DNA of 63,973 bases, the filler included, from Phoronis australis (Eukaryota; Animalia; Phoronida), in NCBI GenBank assembly GCA_002633005.1. It is 4 parts of 4 records of this genome, joined end to end, with 100 filler letters (N's around TTAATTAATTAA, not from the genome) between each part and the next. Parts side by side here need not be neighbours in the genome. Positions count along the whole stretch, not along the records: positions 1 to 20,046 come from NMRA01001432.1; positions 20,147 to 44,982 come from NMRA01000389.1; 2 more parts are not named here. The stretch is one strand, 5' to 3'. The position numbers were made by a program, and so were the translations under genes. Below, one piece after another: positions 11,684 to 25,418 of the stretch. Under the pieces are notes generated by a model. That model was not told where the DNA came from, did no database searches, and saw only the letters and a list, made by a program, of their open reading frames with translations. Within the stretch, counting starts at the first letter, position 1. The number at the start of each line of letters is the position of its first letter.

Positions 11684-14600
11684 TAGTCGGTGGGCCAGAT
11701 CTCATAGCGTTCATCCTTGTGAGTACTTTGGGGGGCAACCTAGTTTTTTCTATGTGGCTAGATAATATACCTATAAATCAAATTCCAAAAAGTTCCCACG
11801 TCTACACTTACACATTTTTTTTAAAAAAGGTGTTTTTTGCACAAAATGTGATGCATATTCCTGCCACTTGATGGCGCTTTTCTATTGAATTAACCAATCA
11901 GAGAGCCAGATTCTATTGTTGTGCTTAGTTACATGTACTTCAATATGGCTGCTCCCATGGAGTGTGGTGCCTGTATAATTCAAGGTTTATCAAACAGCAC
12001 AAAATTGTGATGTCAGAGCCTAAAGAACCTTAGGAAAGCTTCCTGACGAAAGCTGATTGACTGTGGATTTCTGTAGATCAGTAGATCAAAAAGAAGAAGA
12101 GGTGTCACAAACGTTTGTGCAGAAAACAACTGCATGTCCTGGTAGCCTACACAGTATACTGCTGAGTGCTGTAGACTAGAAGACCAAGTGTCAGACCAAA
12201 AAATTGAATGGACATAGAACGGCATAACAACGTTTCAAGGCACCAACAGTAGTACTAAAGCTGAAGTTGCTGAAAGTGATACAGATGTTATCCAAGATTT
12301 CCCAAGAAAATCAATTATACTTCCAAAATCTGAAATACCCAATAAACCTGAACAAGACAGGAACATTCTGAAACATGAGTGCATCATTTGTTAGCAGGAA
12401 AAGTACATTATGGACCATATTTCAAGAAAGAGAAAGAAGTATAACTTTCAAAAACAGGTACATGTTTTTGAAAAATACATCTTGGTGTTTTCCATGTGTG
12501 TTTCAGTATTACCACCAGTTGTTCAGCCCCTTGGCTGCCTAGGCCTTAGACAATACTGCTGACCCAGTAGAGATGATGATCATACCATAGGTACTCTATA
12601 TGCCGGATACTTTTCAGCAAATTATGTTCCTATAAGTTTAGAAGTACCGCGTAGAGAGATGCCTCTGAGGAGGTCGTTAATAATTTCATTTGTTTCCAGT
12701 TTAAACAAATACTCAAGCAATCCTGTTTTTCGAACACTCCATTCAGTTGCCACATCGACGCTGCTTGCGCTAAGGGATAATCCTATGGCGTTATACTGTG
12801 GGTGTGATTTTAAAGCACTTTAAGTCAAAAATTTTTGAGAAGGTTAAATGGAGTAGATGGTTGCAAACAACATGCCCAAGTGGCCGTCATCCTCTGCCGT
12901 AGTCTCAATTTTTTGTAAACATTAATTACTTAGGTAGCTGCAATGGTAATTAAATTAAAGTGCCTAAGTGGCCATCGTCGCCGTCGAAATTTGATGACGA
13001 TGGAAGCCACTGTCCATTTCGTCAAACGTCGATTACCATAAGTGTAAATCAATTGACTATGGTTTGAGCATGTGATTTAAAAAAATTAAATTTCAATCAC
13101 TGCACTGGTATATCAGCTGATTTATTTTCAGTTGCAGCAACTGATCTAATTATTAGACGATCAACATTATTAGGCTACAGATTAGACGGCATGTAAATTT
13201 GTTAGGCTGGTGGTGGATCAGTTCCTGATAAGTCCGTCTGAAAAAGTTGCATGCCAACTCACTCATAGTTGAATGTTAACTTAGTGTTAACAGTTCGGTT
13301 TTTTTCAGTTAGACTTGTATCGCAAGAAACAGCTCAGTCCATAGCCCTGAATATGCAAATGAAATTCAAAGAAAAAGACCTTGTGTCTTAGAAGCCAAGT
13401 ACCACAGATCACCATGCTATCAAAAATAGAAAGACAACGATTGTGAAGAGTGACGAATTCACAGTTTTCAGAGATGTTTTTCTACAGTTTTGTTTGGAGT
13501 TCATTAAATTGAAGCTTCTAACACAAGGAGATGTCATTTGCCTTTCAAAACTAAAGCAAGACTTTGAAGCTGTTGTTCAGAAAGCTGGTGTGCATGAAGT
13601 TATTTGGACAGGCAGTCTTAAGAAATATTGTTGAAGCTACTCACTGTTGTAGTTTGTGCCCGACTAAGAGATACGAAAGTGAATTGAGGCTAGTGTTCAA
13701 TAATTCACTTCCTGACTGTAATTAACACAGCCCATTATAACATATTCTGAATCAAACGTTTGCCCAAATAGTGCCCGCCTCCAAACAAGGACTTAGTGTT
13801 TGACCCTTCATTGCCTGCGGGCTAATCACCAGTGTGCAATGCTGTACCCTCTCTAATCGACCATAGTTGGCTCCTTGGCAGTGGAGCTTTGCATTTAATA
13901 TGTATGGCAATGACTGCATCTCCATTGACTAAATGATGAACGCTGCAAGTGCAAAAAGAACATGTGTTTTTTGAAACTGAGTTTGTGCTGCAATGCTGGG
14001 TCAAACTGTACAGAAATGTGCAGCTGTGACAACTGTAGTAACATCAGCAACACTGATTGCATAACATTGGATAGTTCTTTGACAAGTCAACCCTAAATAG
14101 ACCTCCAACCCCGTTATTTCCTTTTTTGGTATTAAAAAGTTAATTTTATTTGTTGATTAAGTCATAGAAAGTACATACTTTGATCATTGTCATGTATTTG
14201 TCTCATACTGCTTGATAAACGCTGTCAGAATAATCTATTATTTTCATACCGTCTTTGTGCACATTCACAGAGATCATTCAACTATAATATTTTTGTACTA
14301 TAACGTATTTCTGGTGTATTATGCAAACAAGCTGTATTTTACACCATTAGTCAATGTTTTAGTCATTGAGGCACAAATTTTGCCCAGTCTCAAGTGTTTT
14401 GTGTTATTTTTGTTGCCTGACAATGCCTAGTAACATTCAGACTTAGTTTGCATTTTTGCCACTAGGTGTCTCTTTACATTTTTTAAATTTCACTGTTTAC
14501 AATTAATTTACAATAGTAAAACATGTAATGTGAGTGCAATATTGTTCAATACAATGGCACTGATGGGACCATATTACATGTTTTACAAAAAAGTCACCAA

Positions 14601-14878
14601 AACTGTTGTTTTTACAAATATAAGTTTACTAAGCTCTTTGGTGATTATTAGGTAACTTCAAACTCAAATTTCTCAAAAATGTGTAGAAAATATATCTGAA
14701 ACTAAATAACGCGATCCAGTTCCTCCCAAGAAAAATGTGCAACTTTATATGTGGGAACTTTTTAGATTTTGAAAACACTCTAATAGATGAATTAAAAAAT
14801 ACCAAAATAAAATTGGCCCCCTAAAGTACTCACAAAAACCATTTTCTAGAGGCCCTACAAAATCTGGCCCACCGACTA
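11684..14878 (+). mobile_element. Academ (AcademX-type) DNA transposon, internally deleted
   Basis: Perfect 17-bp TIRs TAGTCGGTGGGCCAGAT (11684-11700, 14862-14878) with extra subterminal symmetry, TAG..CTA termini and a 3-bp TSD TAT. Remnants include ECIIC (~12376), KDLV/LEAKYHRSPCY (~13375-13420) and a C-terminal Cys cluster. Confidence 0.85.
13860..14045 (+). pseudogene. C-terminal Cys8/CXC-like zinc finger remnant of Academ transposase
   Basis: HSWLLGSGALHLI followed, after a frameshift, by RCKCKKNMCFLKLSLCCNAGSNCTEMCSCDNCSN. Confidence 0.75.
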
Positions 14879-14920
14879 TATGTGCAGTCCGATTAAAAGA
14901 TATTCGAAACTCACTTCCAG

Positions 14921-15126
14921 GAAAACAAAGAACCGGGAGAGCAAAGGCAAGGTTGTGTTTTGAAATTTTACCGCGTGCCGTGAAAGTAACAATCATGGGC
15001 TCATCTGATCAAACTTTGGAAGCTAGTGCTGATCCGAATGTGGAACAGGTTGGTGCTGTACCCAAAGATTTTACCAAATCAAAATCCAAAACCATCAATG
15101 AGGGTGAGAGGGACGACAAACTAGAA
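14921..15126 (+). pseudogene. frameshifted paralog of the 7910-8092 exon
   Basis: cttccag acceptor and GAA|GTGAGT donor are retained, and ENKEPGEQRQGC / GSSDQTLEASAD..FTKSKSKTINEGERDDKLE align with copy 1. Its length of 206 nt breaks the frame. Confidence 0.6.
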
Positions 15127-16369
15127 GTGAGTGGTCATTCCTAAAATGTGATGGATTCGTTTTTTATGTTTTACTCGACTTACTGTAATAAAACTGACCT
15201 CCGGCCATGTATGAACCACAATAACAGAAGATTACAAAAAAACAGCAGATCTGCGTCGTCTCATCTGTTCTCCCAGATCACCCTTGTATTGTATTAAGAT
15301 CATGAAGTTACAACTATTTGGAGTGAAAAAAGCTGACACTCATTGCTTGGGATAACGCTCAACGTACAAATGATCCGCTGTAAAAAGTCACTTTATTAAA
15401 CTGTTAATCCTTTCCAAGCTGGGAAAACATACGTTATTGGAATGAGAAACAAGTTGAAACCAAAGTCAAATCTTTGACATAAAGAAATGTCGCTAGAGTT
15501 CAGACACTCTAGGACCTATGCTAGACTTTGCTAAAATCTAGATAAACCACGTGTTCTCTTTTTAAAGTACAGAAATACCTTACGTATCCTAGCGAAGTCT
15601 TGCCTTTTAGCGAGGTTCTAGCATTTATTACGTAATCCAACACTGCGTGTATTACATGTATGTTACTCATATGGAGTACCTTAGCCTGAACGAAAGTAGT
15701 TCACTTCTTTCATTTTGCTTGGTAGTCAGTGCTTTGTGAACACGGTGGCTCGGGATTCCACTCGAGGATTCCATTAATAAGGTATTCCTCGAGTATGCAT
15801 GACAAGGGAGATAAGTCTTTATTTTGATACATAAAGGGGTCGACAAGTACGGATTTTCTCAGTTACAAGGATTAAAATTACAATTTTTAAGAACGTAGTC
15901 CTGACTGCTACAAAACTCATTCAAATTACAACAATGACGAATCGTTTTATAGCAGTTTATTTGGGTCGGATACAAACCGATATAATCTCGTGTGATCCAG
16001 CCTCATCACCCGTTTTTCGCGATATTTTGTAAATGTGATGTGCCATATGTGAAAGGCTAGTCGCCAACCGACTAGAGCGACGTCTTACGTGAAAATGGAG
16101 TTCCTATCGTTATTGAACTCCTTGAGGCTTGGTAATAAGCGGAAAGTGGATTCATATCAGCTTTAAAAGTTCTTAAATCATTTTTGAAAGTGGTTAGACA
16201 GATTAAGAGTTACATGTAGGTTTACACAGAAGCGCATTACAATTATATCACCATTTTTGCTTCAGTCCTACATCCTAACTCACCATAGCATCAGTAGACT
16301 AATGGCGTTACGCTGTGTGAAACTAACGATCACATAGCCAGTTGACACGGTGTATTAATATACACTAAT

Positions 16370-17770
16370 TTAAGTGCCCCCACATAAATGCAATGTACAT
16401 GTAGGTTGTGGATTACCACCATCGGTCTATGGTTATCCTCCGTTCGGCGTTCGCTCCGTATCTTATAAGTCCATAGCAGGATGTGAATAAAATTTGGCAG
16501 ACGTGTTCCTACATTATCATTTTTATGACGGATGGCAACGGGTCTTGGGCTGATCTGACTACCACTGTGCTAATGGCTATTTTATTTTGTTTACGTTTGC
16601 TTCTGTATCTTTGTTCTTCTTGACGGATTTTACTAAAATTGGCAACTAGGTTTCTATTCGGGGGACGACGACACTTTGTCACTTTCGGGTGCATTTGCTG
16701 TTTCCGGCCTCTCCAGGTAGCTATTTTTATTTTTGAGTTCGTTTTTGTGGCCCGCTGTTCTTAGCGCCAATCTGCTCGAAGGGTGAATTTGCAATTTGAT
16801 ATATTTGTTCCTGTTGATAGAACTACAGTGGATTTTAATTTTCTGTAGCTGCCTACAGTTGTGCACTCAGGTAGAAAATGTATAGTTTTTCTTTTAGACA
16901 TTTATGTTCGACGGATTTTAATGAAAGTTTTTATATTACCTTTTACTAAGGACACACACAGAGGTAATTTTACTCCAGTTGGATTCAAGGGATTGGCGCT
17001 GCCTATTGATCATGTTTACGATTTCGAGTGTCCGTTTTGGCATCCGACTCTCTAGCCGCCAAACCGGCTTAAGGGTCGTTAGAAACATTGCAGGAGACAC
17101 GTCCCAGCTTTTATTACGATAGATGGCGTTGGTTTTCGAACGGGCTTTTTGCTGTGACGCTCCTTATTGCCACCATTATTGTTTATTGAAAATCTATGGC
17201 CTTAGTGTTTTCATATCAACGTTACAACAAATAATCACGACTTTTGCAACGATTTGACCAAGGTTGTGCTGCCCAGTGGCAACTTTTTATTTATCGTTTG
17301 CCTCTGTATCATGATGCGCTCTTTACTTCTTTTATGACATTTGGTAAACATGTTTCTATTATAGTGACATTAGCGCCATTCTAACCTCGCGGCCAAATTT
17401 ATTATTCTTAAGTCACCATGTTTCCTATTCTTCATCTCGGGATCATTGTGAAAGTCGGCACGTGTATGTGATCTGACTGATCAGAGCATGACTGTCAGCA
17501 CCCTCTGTTGGAATTTGTTACATCTGCAGCTGCATCTCGATAAATCCTTGCAGCACCATTGTAAGATCTGTCAAGTGTATTCCATTGCCCTTTGAAGTTG
17601 ATGACCATTCCTTTCGAAACATTTATCCTGCCACAGCGACACCTATTATCAATATGTATTTTACGTTCATCACTTTCTCTTTGGAGATTTTTTTGCGGAT
17701 TTTCATGAAATTCGGCTACTAGCGGTCTATTTACACTATCAACACGTGGTTCTATTTTTGAACATTTTGT
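16370..17770 (+). mobile_element. old, degenerate HINE-like element related to copy 1
   Basis: Decayed versions of the central-repeat motifs (acggatttt.atgaaatttgg, actgtggcgcc.ctagtggc, gattgtgaaa.t.ggca). Termini are uncertain. Confidence 0.55.
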
Positions 17771-19621
17771 TACATTCTATGCCATCTATCTGTCTTTCAT
17801 AATAATAAAGATCCCTTAAAGCATATATATACATTGCAGACGATGGGCTTCCTTCAACGTTTCACATTGCTCTTGTTTGTATATTAAAGAATTCAAGCGA
17901 AAAAGAGGAAAACAGAGATACAGTAGGTGTAACAGTGCTCAACCCACCAACGATGCGAAAGAACATACTGTTTATCCTGATGTGGAAGAACTTGACGACA
18001 TGGAGGGTCAATGTAAGCACCGTGTAGTATATAAATATGTTTAATGTCTCTATTGATGATTGTACATGGCCTGCTGCTGCCGTGGATGTCAAGGCTCATC
18101 ATGGCATTGTTATCAATTGGGCTGTCGTGGGTGTCAAAGCTCAATGGGAACAGTGTTGTCTCAGAACACCAACATATACACCAGTAGTATTAAGATACCG
18201 TGGGTTTTTGTACACCCTGTGACCAGGGCTGTCGCTTAATAAGATAGTGGTGACTTAGTAAACATGGTATTACCTGGTCAAAACCGTTGTGGTTGGATAC
18301 GTAATGTGATGTAATTAATGTTCAATTCACAACGGAAATATTCAATAACTGAGCTTCACATACATATGTGTTTCCCATGAAAAATAATCATTTATTAGCT
18401 GACATACATGTACGATGTCAACCTCTTCTGGAAACAAATTACTTGTGGTCTCATGAGTGCAGAGATGTGTTTGCACTGGCGTACCACGGGGAAGTGTTTA
18501 GGCCCTGGTGTACCAACGGGAAGTGTGTATGACGGGACCACATTTACACTTCCTCAATCAATCATGCTAGTTTGTTTGCATAAAGTGCTACTTGTTGAGA
18601 ATTCGACCAGCCAATCTTAAACGCCGTGTAAAGAAGTTTACCGAGGGAAATTAAGTGATACCTGATTGCTGGCTGCCTCCTAGCGGCACGCAGGGAACCA
18701 GCTACTCACCTGCTACAGCCCTTTGAATCGTGCGGTTGCGCTCCCTTGTGACACTCTAGATCGGCTAGTGGACTAGAAATGAGTCAGTTGTCGACAGCCA
18801 AAACCGAGCTGGTCAAAACATAACGAAGTCTAACCACCGTTGAAGTTTGAATTTCCAGAGTGTTTTGGTGCATTGTCGCGATCATGATAGACAAATTAGT
18901 TTACTGTATATTTTTGGATCAACTACGATTAAATCCATAGATCGAACTCATGTGGTTGATTATTGTGTCTTGTAGGCTCTATGTGACTTTCTACGTTCTT
19001 TTAAAATGAGTCTGTATTGTTGTCTTTACTGTGCGTTATCATCTTTGATCTGAACAGTCTACAGTTTTAAGATTTATACTTTAGTTTCACACAGCTTGGC
19101 TTATAATTTCGAGCATTACAATACATTTGTTTAACTCTAGTTCCTTTGTTGTTTAAATCTCTTCCGACGAACCACCTCCTAATAGCTAACCCGCATTTTC
19201 CCTTGCATCACACCCAGCAAGAAACTTGGTTTACCGAACGTTTCCCATTCAAGTGTGCTTGCGGTCAGGTTTAAGCTGTTAGCAGGCATCCATCGATCTG
19301 AGTTCCTCTAGACTAGCTGGCTGACTTTAGAAATTAACAACAGACGGAACTTTTTGTTTTGTAGTGAAACTGCGCGAACAAATTTGTTGTTCAAGTACAA
19401 TTTGCCAGCAGGTAATAATCAAAACCACGCCCCCAAAGTGACAAGTATGGTATCACCAACCACAATAACATGACACTCATACTCAGTCATGGCATTAAAA
19501 CTGCAGATTTCACTCGACTTTATCTATCCAAAATCTTTATTTTGCATTCTACAAGGAATACCATCAAACTTGATATGTAAGCAAGTAGTGACACGTGTTT
19601 GCACAGGTGGAATAAAGCACA

Positions 19622-19718
19622 AAATAGGGACACCCAGCCCTCCACGGGGTTTACAGTGTATACGTCACAAAGCAACAAATAACAAAAAGGAACACCCAGC
19701 CCTCCACGAGGTTTAAAC
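19622..19718 (+). repeat. two-copy direct repeat (acacccagccctccacg.ggttta), ~63-bp period
   Basis: Seen directly at ~19630 and ~19693. Confidence 0.7.
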
Positions 19719-20046
19719 GTCACTATGAAAAAATGCATTGCGAAATGATCGAAAAGAAGACATGTGATGTCCCAAGTTGGTTTAACTCTCAGGCTGTACG
19801 ACTCATACTATCAAATGGCTGTACCAGTAAATCGACTTTATCTGTACTTTACTGCTCAACCTTGCTACTTAATTTCAGTTTGTGTTCTTGAAAACATGCC
19901 TGGACCCCTACACTGTCAACTTAAACAGCATACATCTGAAAGAGTGGTGTAAAGGCGGGAACAATATCTGTACGCTTTAGTGTTTTTGACCTTAGTGTGC
20001 CATAAGCGATCACCTAACGCATGCGCAATCTGACCATTCGTCACAG

Positions 20047-20146
20047 NNNNNNNNNNNNNNNNNNNNNNNNNNNNNNNNNNNNNNNNNNNNTTAATTAATT
20101 AANNNNNNNNNNNNNNNNNNNNNNNNNNNNNNNNNNNNNNNNNNNN
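20047..20146. other. assembly spacer (Ns with TTAATTAATTAA six-frame stop linker)
   Basis: An identical 100-bp construct occurs three times in the window. Confidence 0.97.
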
Positions 20147-22017
20147 CAACAGTTGAAAAGTGTATTACCGTTCAACTTTCATGAGAAAAAAGCCTTTAAA
20201 ATGTTTTACACTTCAGTTACAAGTTTGTTGGGGCATCTTTTTACTTTCCTAACCAAATTTCTTTCAATGTATACTTCACAATATGAAATACACTCACCAT
20301 GGCTCATGTATGTTAAATTCGTCCTCGAAGGTTGATTGTACTTTATTGCCAAGTATGCGATTTCAGCTAAATTTTTTACAAAATTAAATATTTTAACTCC
20401 TTAAATGTTATATTATCGGAAACTAGAAACCGAAGTAAAATTTGAAATTTCGGTTTTTACTTGTCTGATGTTCGTAATGATTGCCTCACAAGAATATTTT
20501 AATTAAGTAAAATTTAGCGAAAAAGAAAAGCACAGTGATAGCAAAACAACGGTATCGATAACAAGTTCGAATTTCATTTGATGAAAATGTTCCAAGACGT
20601 AATCTAAAAAAACTACTAACGTTCTAAAATATCATGATTTTATTTTGAATTCGTTTTGTAAACGGTGTTTAAGTCCTTGGATTTGGAAGTTTGACATAAA
20701 TTTGGACAGCTATTTTTGAGATATAAAACTTCAAAGTTGGAGAAATGTACACGATTTTGAAGCTTCAAAGTTAGAGAAATGTTGACGTTTTTTCTATGGT
20801 CATACAGGACCTCGCCACAACTGGCAGTGCACCCGGCCAAGATGTCGNCGTTTTTTCTATGGTCATACAGGACCTCGCCACAACTGCCAAGATGTCGCTG
20901 AACCACCAACACAAAATGACACCAGAGTCGGAAAGGTAAAAAAAACCAGGAGTTGCCTCTTACGTGAGGGCGTGCACCATGAGATCCTGTCTTACCCGAT
21001 ACATGAAGGGCGATAGAGGTGTGTAACTTTCGTTATTAATAACATTTTTGTCTGGCTGACACTTACAGTTACAGTTACCCACCTGTGACAAATGTATGGT
21101 GTCCAGATAATTGGGTTGTACTCAAGTATTAGTGTTTGGGTTGCGATGACGCACATGTACTTCGAATAGATAAAGCTCTTCATCCATAATATCTATTACC
21201 ATTAGCTTGCACTATAAGCGTTTGTTACTTGTCTTGCTGGTACATTCGCGTTGATGCTAACACTCTTTTTAATCCCGACTAACAATTGCACTAACCTACT
21301 AACACCAATCCTAACATATTAAGAAATACAGCATGAATAAATCCAAACGACGTTCAAGGTCACAAAATGCATGCTGAGTGGTGTTATTTGAATTCCTCTC
21401 CAAATGCCAAGATCAAATGGAGCTGAACAGTGGTTCCCGTGATCGATTACTACCGTGGCAAGGATATGGATTTTTGAATTAGTTTCTGAATGGCAAATTG
21501 AAAACAAGAGTTGATTTATCGATTGTTTGTAAATTTTATTAATGAGCGTCTTCGTTTATTTACTTACCATGCCCACGCAACAACGATACGATCCGACTCA
21601 CGGATAACCAAGACGGAAGAAGAAGCATGAAAGACTGAAAATTAACAACCGAAGACTAAAATTAAGCGTGCAAGTCACAGTGCATTAGTATAAATAAGAT
21701 GGAGCTCGATACTCTGAAGGTTCGCAAGCCTGAAGGCAAGTTATGCAACATTGAATGATTTTTTTAAAAATACCTTATCAGGCAACTAAAAACGTTTCTA
21801 AAAACAGCCCTATCAAACTGATAGTAAAACAACTAATATTCTTTCAGACTTGTGTTGATCTTCGGAGTTATTTATTTGTCGACTTGTAAACTTTCGGAGC
21901 CATGAATTCCGTTATTTCATACCTTCCGCCCACAATTGTTCTCACTTGTAGTTTTCAATTCAGATCATATGGGTTCATTGTTTCGAGGGGATTAACTTCT
22001 TTCGAACCTGATTATAG

Positions 22018-23688
22018 TTTTTATGCGCAAACGTATTTATACGTGGACTCATTATGCCGTCATCTCCGTCCATCCGTTCGGAGTCCAGCGTCCGGTGTCC
22101 GCTCCAAAACGCCTGGACGTATGTTTAGGAAGTTTTGCACATGTGTTTCTTCCGTGGATGGGACGGCATGAGCGAACTTTCAGGCGGATCCGACTATTGG
22201 TGTGGCCCCTAGTGGCAATTTTAGTTTTTTACGTTTACCTCTGTAACTTCAAAAGTCCTGAAGGGATTTTCATAAAAATTGGTACATGGGCACCTATCAG
22301 TGAGATGAGGCTAACCTTCCGTTTTCAGATGGATTCGACGTAGTTTGCGCCACCTAGTTGCCATGTTTTGGTGTTGTCGAGTTTGTTTTTTGCGTCCACC
22401 ACTCTATCAACCAAACCGCTCAAAGGATAATTGTGAAAATTGGCATGTAGGACGATGATTTTCCGACGACTTCGACTACTATGGCGCCGCCTAGTGGCAG
22501 TTTTTTGCGCCTATGACTGCATGTTCTAAACCGTTCGCAGGATCTTCAATAAATTTAATGTGATGTCGACGACGGAAGACAATAACTTTCGGACAGATCT
22601 GACTACTGGTGTGCCACCTACTGGCAATTTAATTTTTTTACGTTTACCTCTGTGTGTTCAAACGTCCTCAACGTATTTTCATAAAATTTGGAATACACGC
22701 ATCTGTTAACTAAGTGACGCTATCTCTTCGTTTTTTGATGGATTCGACCTAGTTTGCGCCATCTAGTGGCTACTTTTACTGTCTGTTTTTGGCGTCCAGT
22801 TATCTATCAACGAAACCGCTTTCAGGATAATTGTGAAAATTGGCATGTATGTTTATACTATAAAGTGGACGGCTGACGATGATTTTCCGACGACTTTGAC
22901 TACTGTGGCGCCTCCTAGTGGCACTTTTGTTTTTTTGCGCTCATGACTATCTCCTAAACCGTTTGCAGGATCTTTACTTAATTTAGCGAGTGTATTTAAA
23001 TGACGTTGACAACGGACGACGACGATTTTCGGAAGGATCTGACTACTGGTGTGCTCCCTAGTGGCAATTTTAGTTTTTTTACGTTTACCAGTCTGTACCT
23101 TCAAAGGTCCTCAACAGATTTTCATAACGTTGTGAATATAGGCATCTATGTTTTTTGGATGGACATGAGGTATTTTGCGCGACCTAGTGGCCATTTTGGC
23201 TGTTTTCAAATCTTGTTTTTGGCGTCCACTCCTCTATCAACGAAATCATTTTAGGAATAGTTTTGACAATTGGCGTATATGTTTTCAGTGCGAAGAGGAC
23301 GTTTGATGATTGCAACTGACTAGTGTGGCGCCTCCTAGTGGTAGTTATGTTTTGTTTTGCTCCCATAGCTATATCTCCTAAACCCACTTCATGATCTTTA
23401 TTAAATTTAGGAGGTGTATTTATATGAAGATAACAGACGACGACTTTCAGGCGGATCCAACGGACGCTGTGCCCACAAGTGGCAATTTCATGTTATTCGG
23501 TTTTCCTTTGTTTCTCTGAAGTTCCTTGACAGATTTCTTATGAAATATGGCATGTTCCCGTTTTTGGATGGATTGGACGTTTTTGCGCCATCTAGTTGCC
23601 ATTTTTATGATACAAATAAATAACCCTAAAAGCACACCATTTGCGATGCATTCGTGGTCGCATTTCAACGCTCCGCGTTGCTCTTGTT
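22018..23688 (+). mobile_element. HINE-like element, copy 2, inserted at a T-run in an array unit
   Basis: Same 5' end, central repeats, CAACGC-TCC-GCGTTG hairpin (23666-23680) and CTCTTGTT end as copy 1. Array sequence resumes in register afterwards. Confidence 0.85.
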
Positions 23689-25264
23689 TAGGGACTTGTT
23701 CTTTCGTCAAACTACTGGCTGACCAGTATACCATTAACATAGGAGATTTTACAAATATCTGAACTGCCATTTCTAAGATATCAACCTTTGAAATTAGTGA
23801 AATGTGGACACTTTCTAGGGCCACGCAGCATCCGAAGTAGCAGGACGCTGTCTCCTTGCCACCACTGGCAGCGAACAAAAATGTCACTGAACCGTCACCA
23901 TGTAATGACACCAGAATAGGAAAAGTAAAAAATCCAGGAAATTGCCTCTTCCTTGAGGGCGTACGTCATGAGATACTGTCTTACCCGATACACAAGGTAC
24001 GACTGAGGTGCGTTACTTTCGTTATTGATAACATTTTGGACTGGCTGTCACGTGCAGTTACAGTTCTCCACCTGTTACAACACTGTGCTGTCCAGGTCGT
24101 TGAAATACATTTCTAGTGTTAGCTGTATTTTAGTTGTACTTACTCTAGGTTCTCATATATCAATGCTTTGGCCGTGATGACGCTCTTTTATTCCAATAGA
24201 TAGACTGTAGATCTGTCCATCTATCAATTGTAGTTTCATTCGCTTGGACTAGACGTTTGTTGCTTTTCTTGCTTGTGCATTAACGTTTATGCAAACACAC
24301 ATTCTAATCCCGCCATCAATTCCAATTAAATACTAATACCAGTCCTAACAAACCTAAAAACATCGCCAATTAATCCAACTGACGTTCGAAGTCACAAAAT
24401 GTATGCCGAATATCATTATTTGAATTCCTCTACAGATGCCACAACGGGAGGGAGATAGGCTGTGGTTCCCGGTATCAATTTCTGGCGGAGTAAGGACAAG
24501 GATTTTCAATTGATCTGCGTGTGAGAAATTGAAAACGGTTGATTTGGCGATTGTTTGTAAATTTTTTTAATACTCGTTTTGTGTGTTTACACGCAGTACC
24601 CATACCCCAGCAATATGCTGCGATCCTCGAATAACCAAAACGGATTAAGCAGTTCTTTATGAAGGTAAACTATTGTTGCTTGATTTTCATACTGCATTGA
24701 ATAGGGTGAAGCTCAATACCGTTAAGGTTTTCAAATCTGTGCCCATTATACGACAAACGAAAATGTTTACAAAAAGCCCTATCGGGCCGCAGGTTCACAA
24801 ACTCGACAAAAAGCTTAATATTAGTTCGAAAACAGTTCGACATTAAAGAGACCAGAAGCCAGTGATTCAAACTTCAACGACAGAGGAGCAACAAAATTTT
24901 AGTGGCTGTATTCCAAAAGTTGAAAATATTAATAAAAGCGACAGTTCAGTGCACTTTGTCAAACTTTGTTTGGATGCTTTACCAAGGCACTGGCTCTTGG
25001 AAGAATTGGTTCCAGGAAGGCACATGCTTACAAATCTCCAAACATTTTGTTCGAAATCACTGTTCAGAACCTCGTAACATGAAATTTTGAATTTTTAGCT
25101 TTCGAAGTAATGGTCTCTCGGACTTGTGAGGATATTTGAATTGATGGATTTGTTTACTTGCAAACCTTTGGAGTCATGAATACCGCGAATTCATAATTTT
25201 GGCCCACCCTTTTTTACTTGAAATTTTATTTTTTCTAAGGGGTTGACTTCCTTTTACCATTATT

Positions 25265-25418
25265 GTACAGTCTGTAGCACACCCTTGACAAAGAGCTCAT
25301 CACTCGAAACGTGGGGATATTTTAATATATTTTAGTACCGACGCTCGTAGTTTTAGTTTTACTATTTTATATTCTTATCCGTTGGTAATTGCACGGCATT
25401 TCAACATCTATTTGATAA
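25265..25418 (+). mobile_element. Penelope-like pLTR fragment with a variant hammerhead motif
   Basis: Insertion relative to other array units, flanked by CATTATT (25258-25264, 25419-25425). Contains CCC-TTGACAA-AGAG..CTC-GAAACGT-GGGG. Confidence 0.55.

Noticed and set aside
20047-20146. TTAATTAATTAA palindrome inside N runs (also 44983-45082 and 60519-60618)
   Set aside because: Artificial six-frame stop linker in fixed 100-bp scaffold spacers, not biology.
20990-21520. Array unit as a repeated protein-coding exon, including a TGA=Trp reading and a GTAAGA donor on the minus strand
   Set aside because: Stops are shared between copies in the frames examined on both strands, indels break frames freely and no motif was recognised. 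A codon-bias test on the consensus would settle it.
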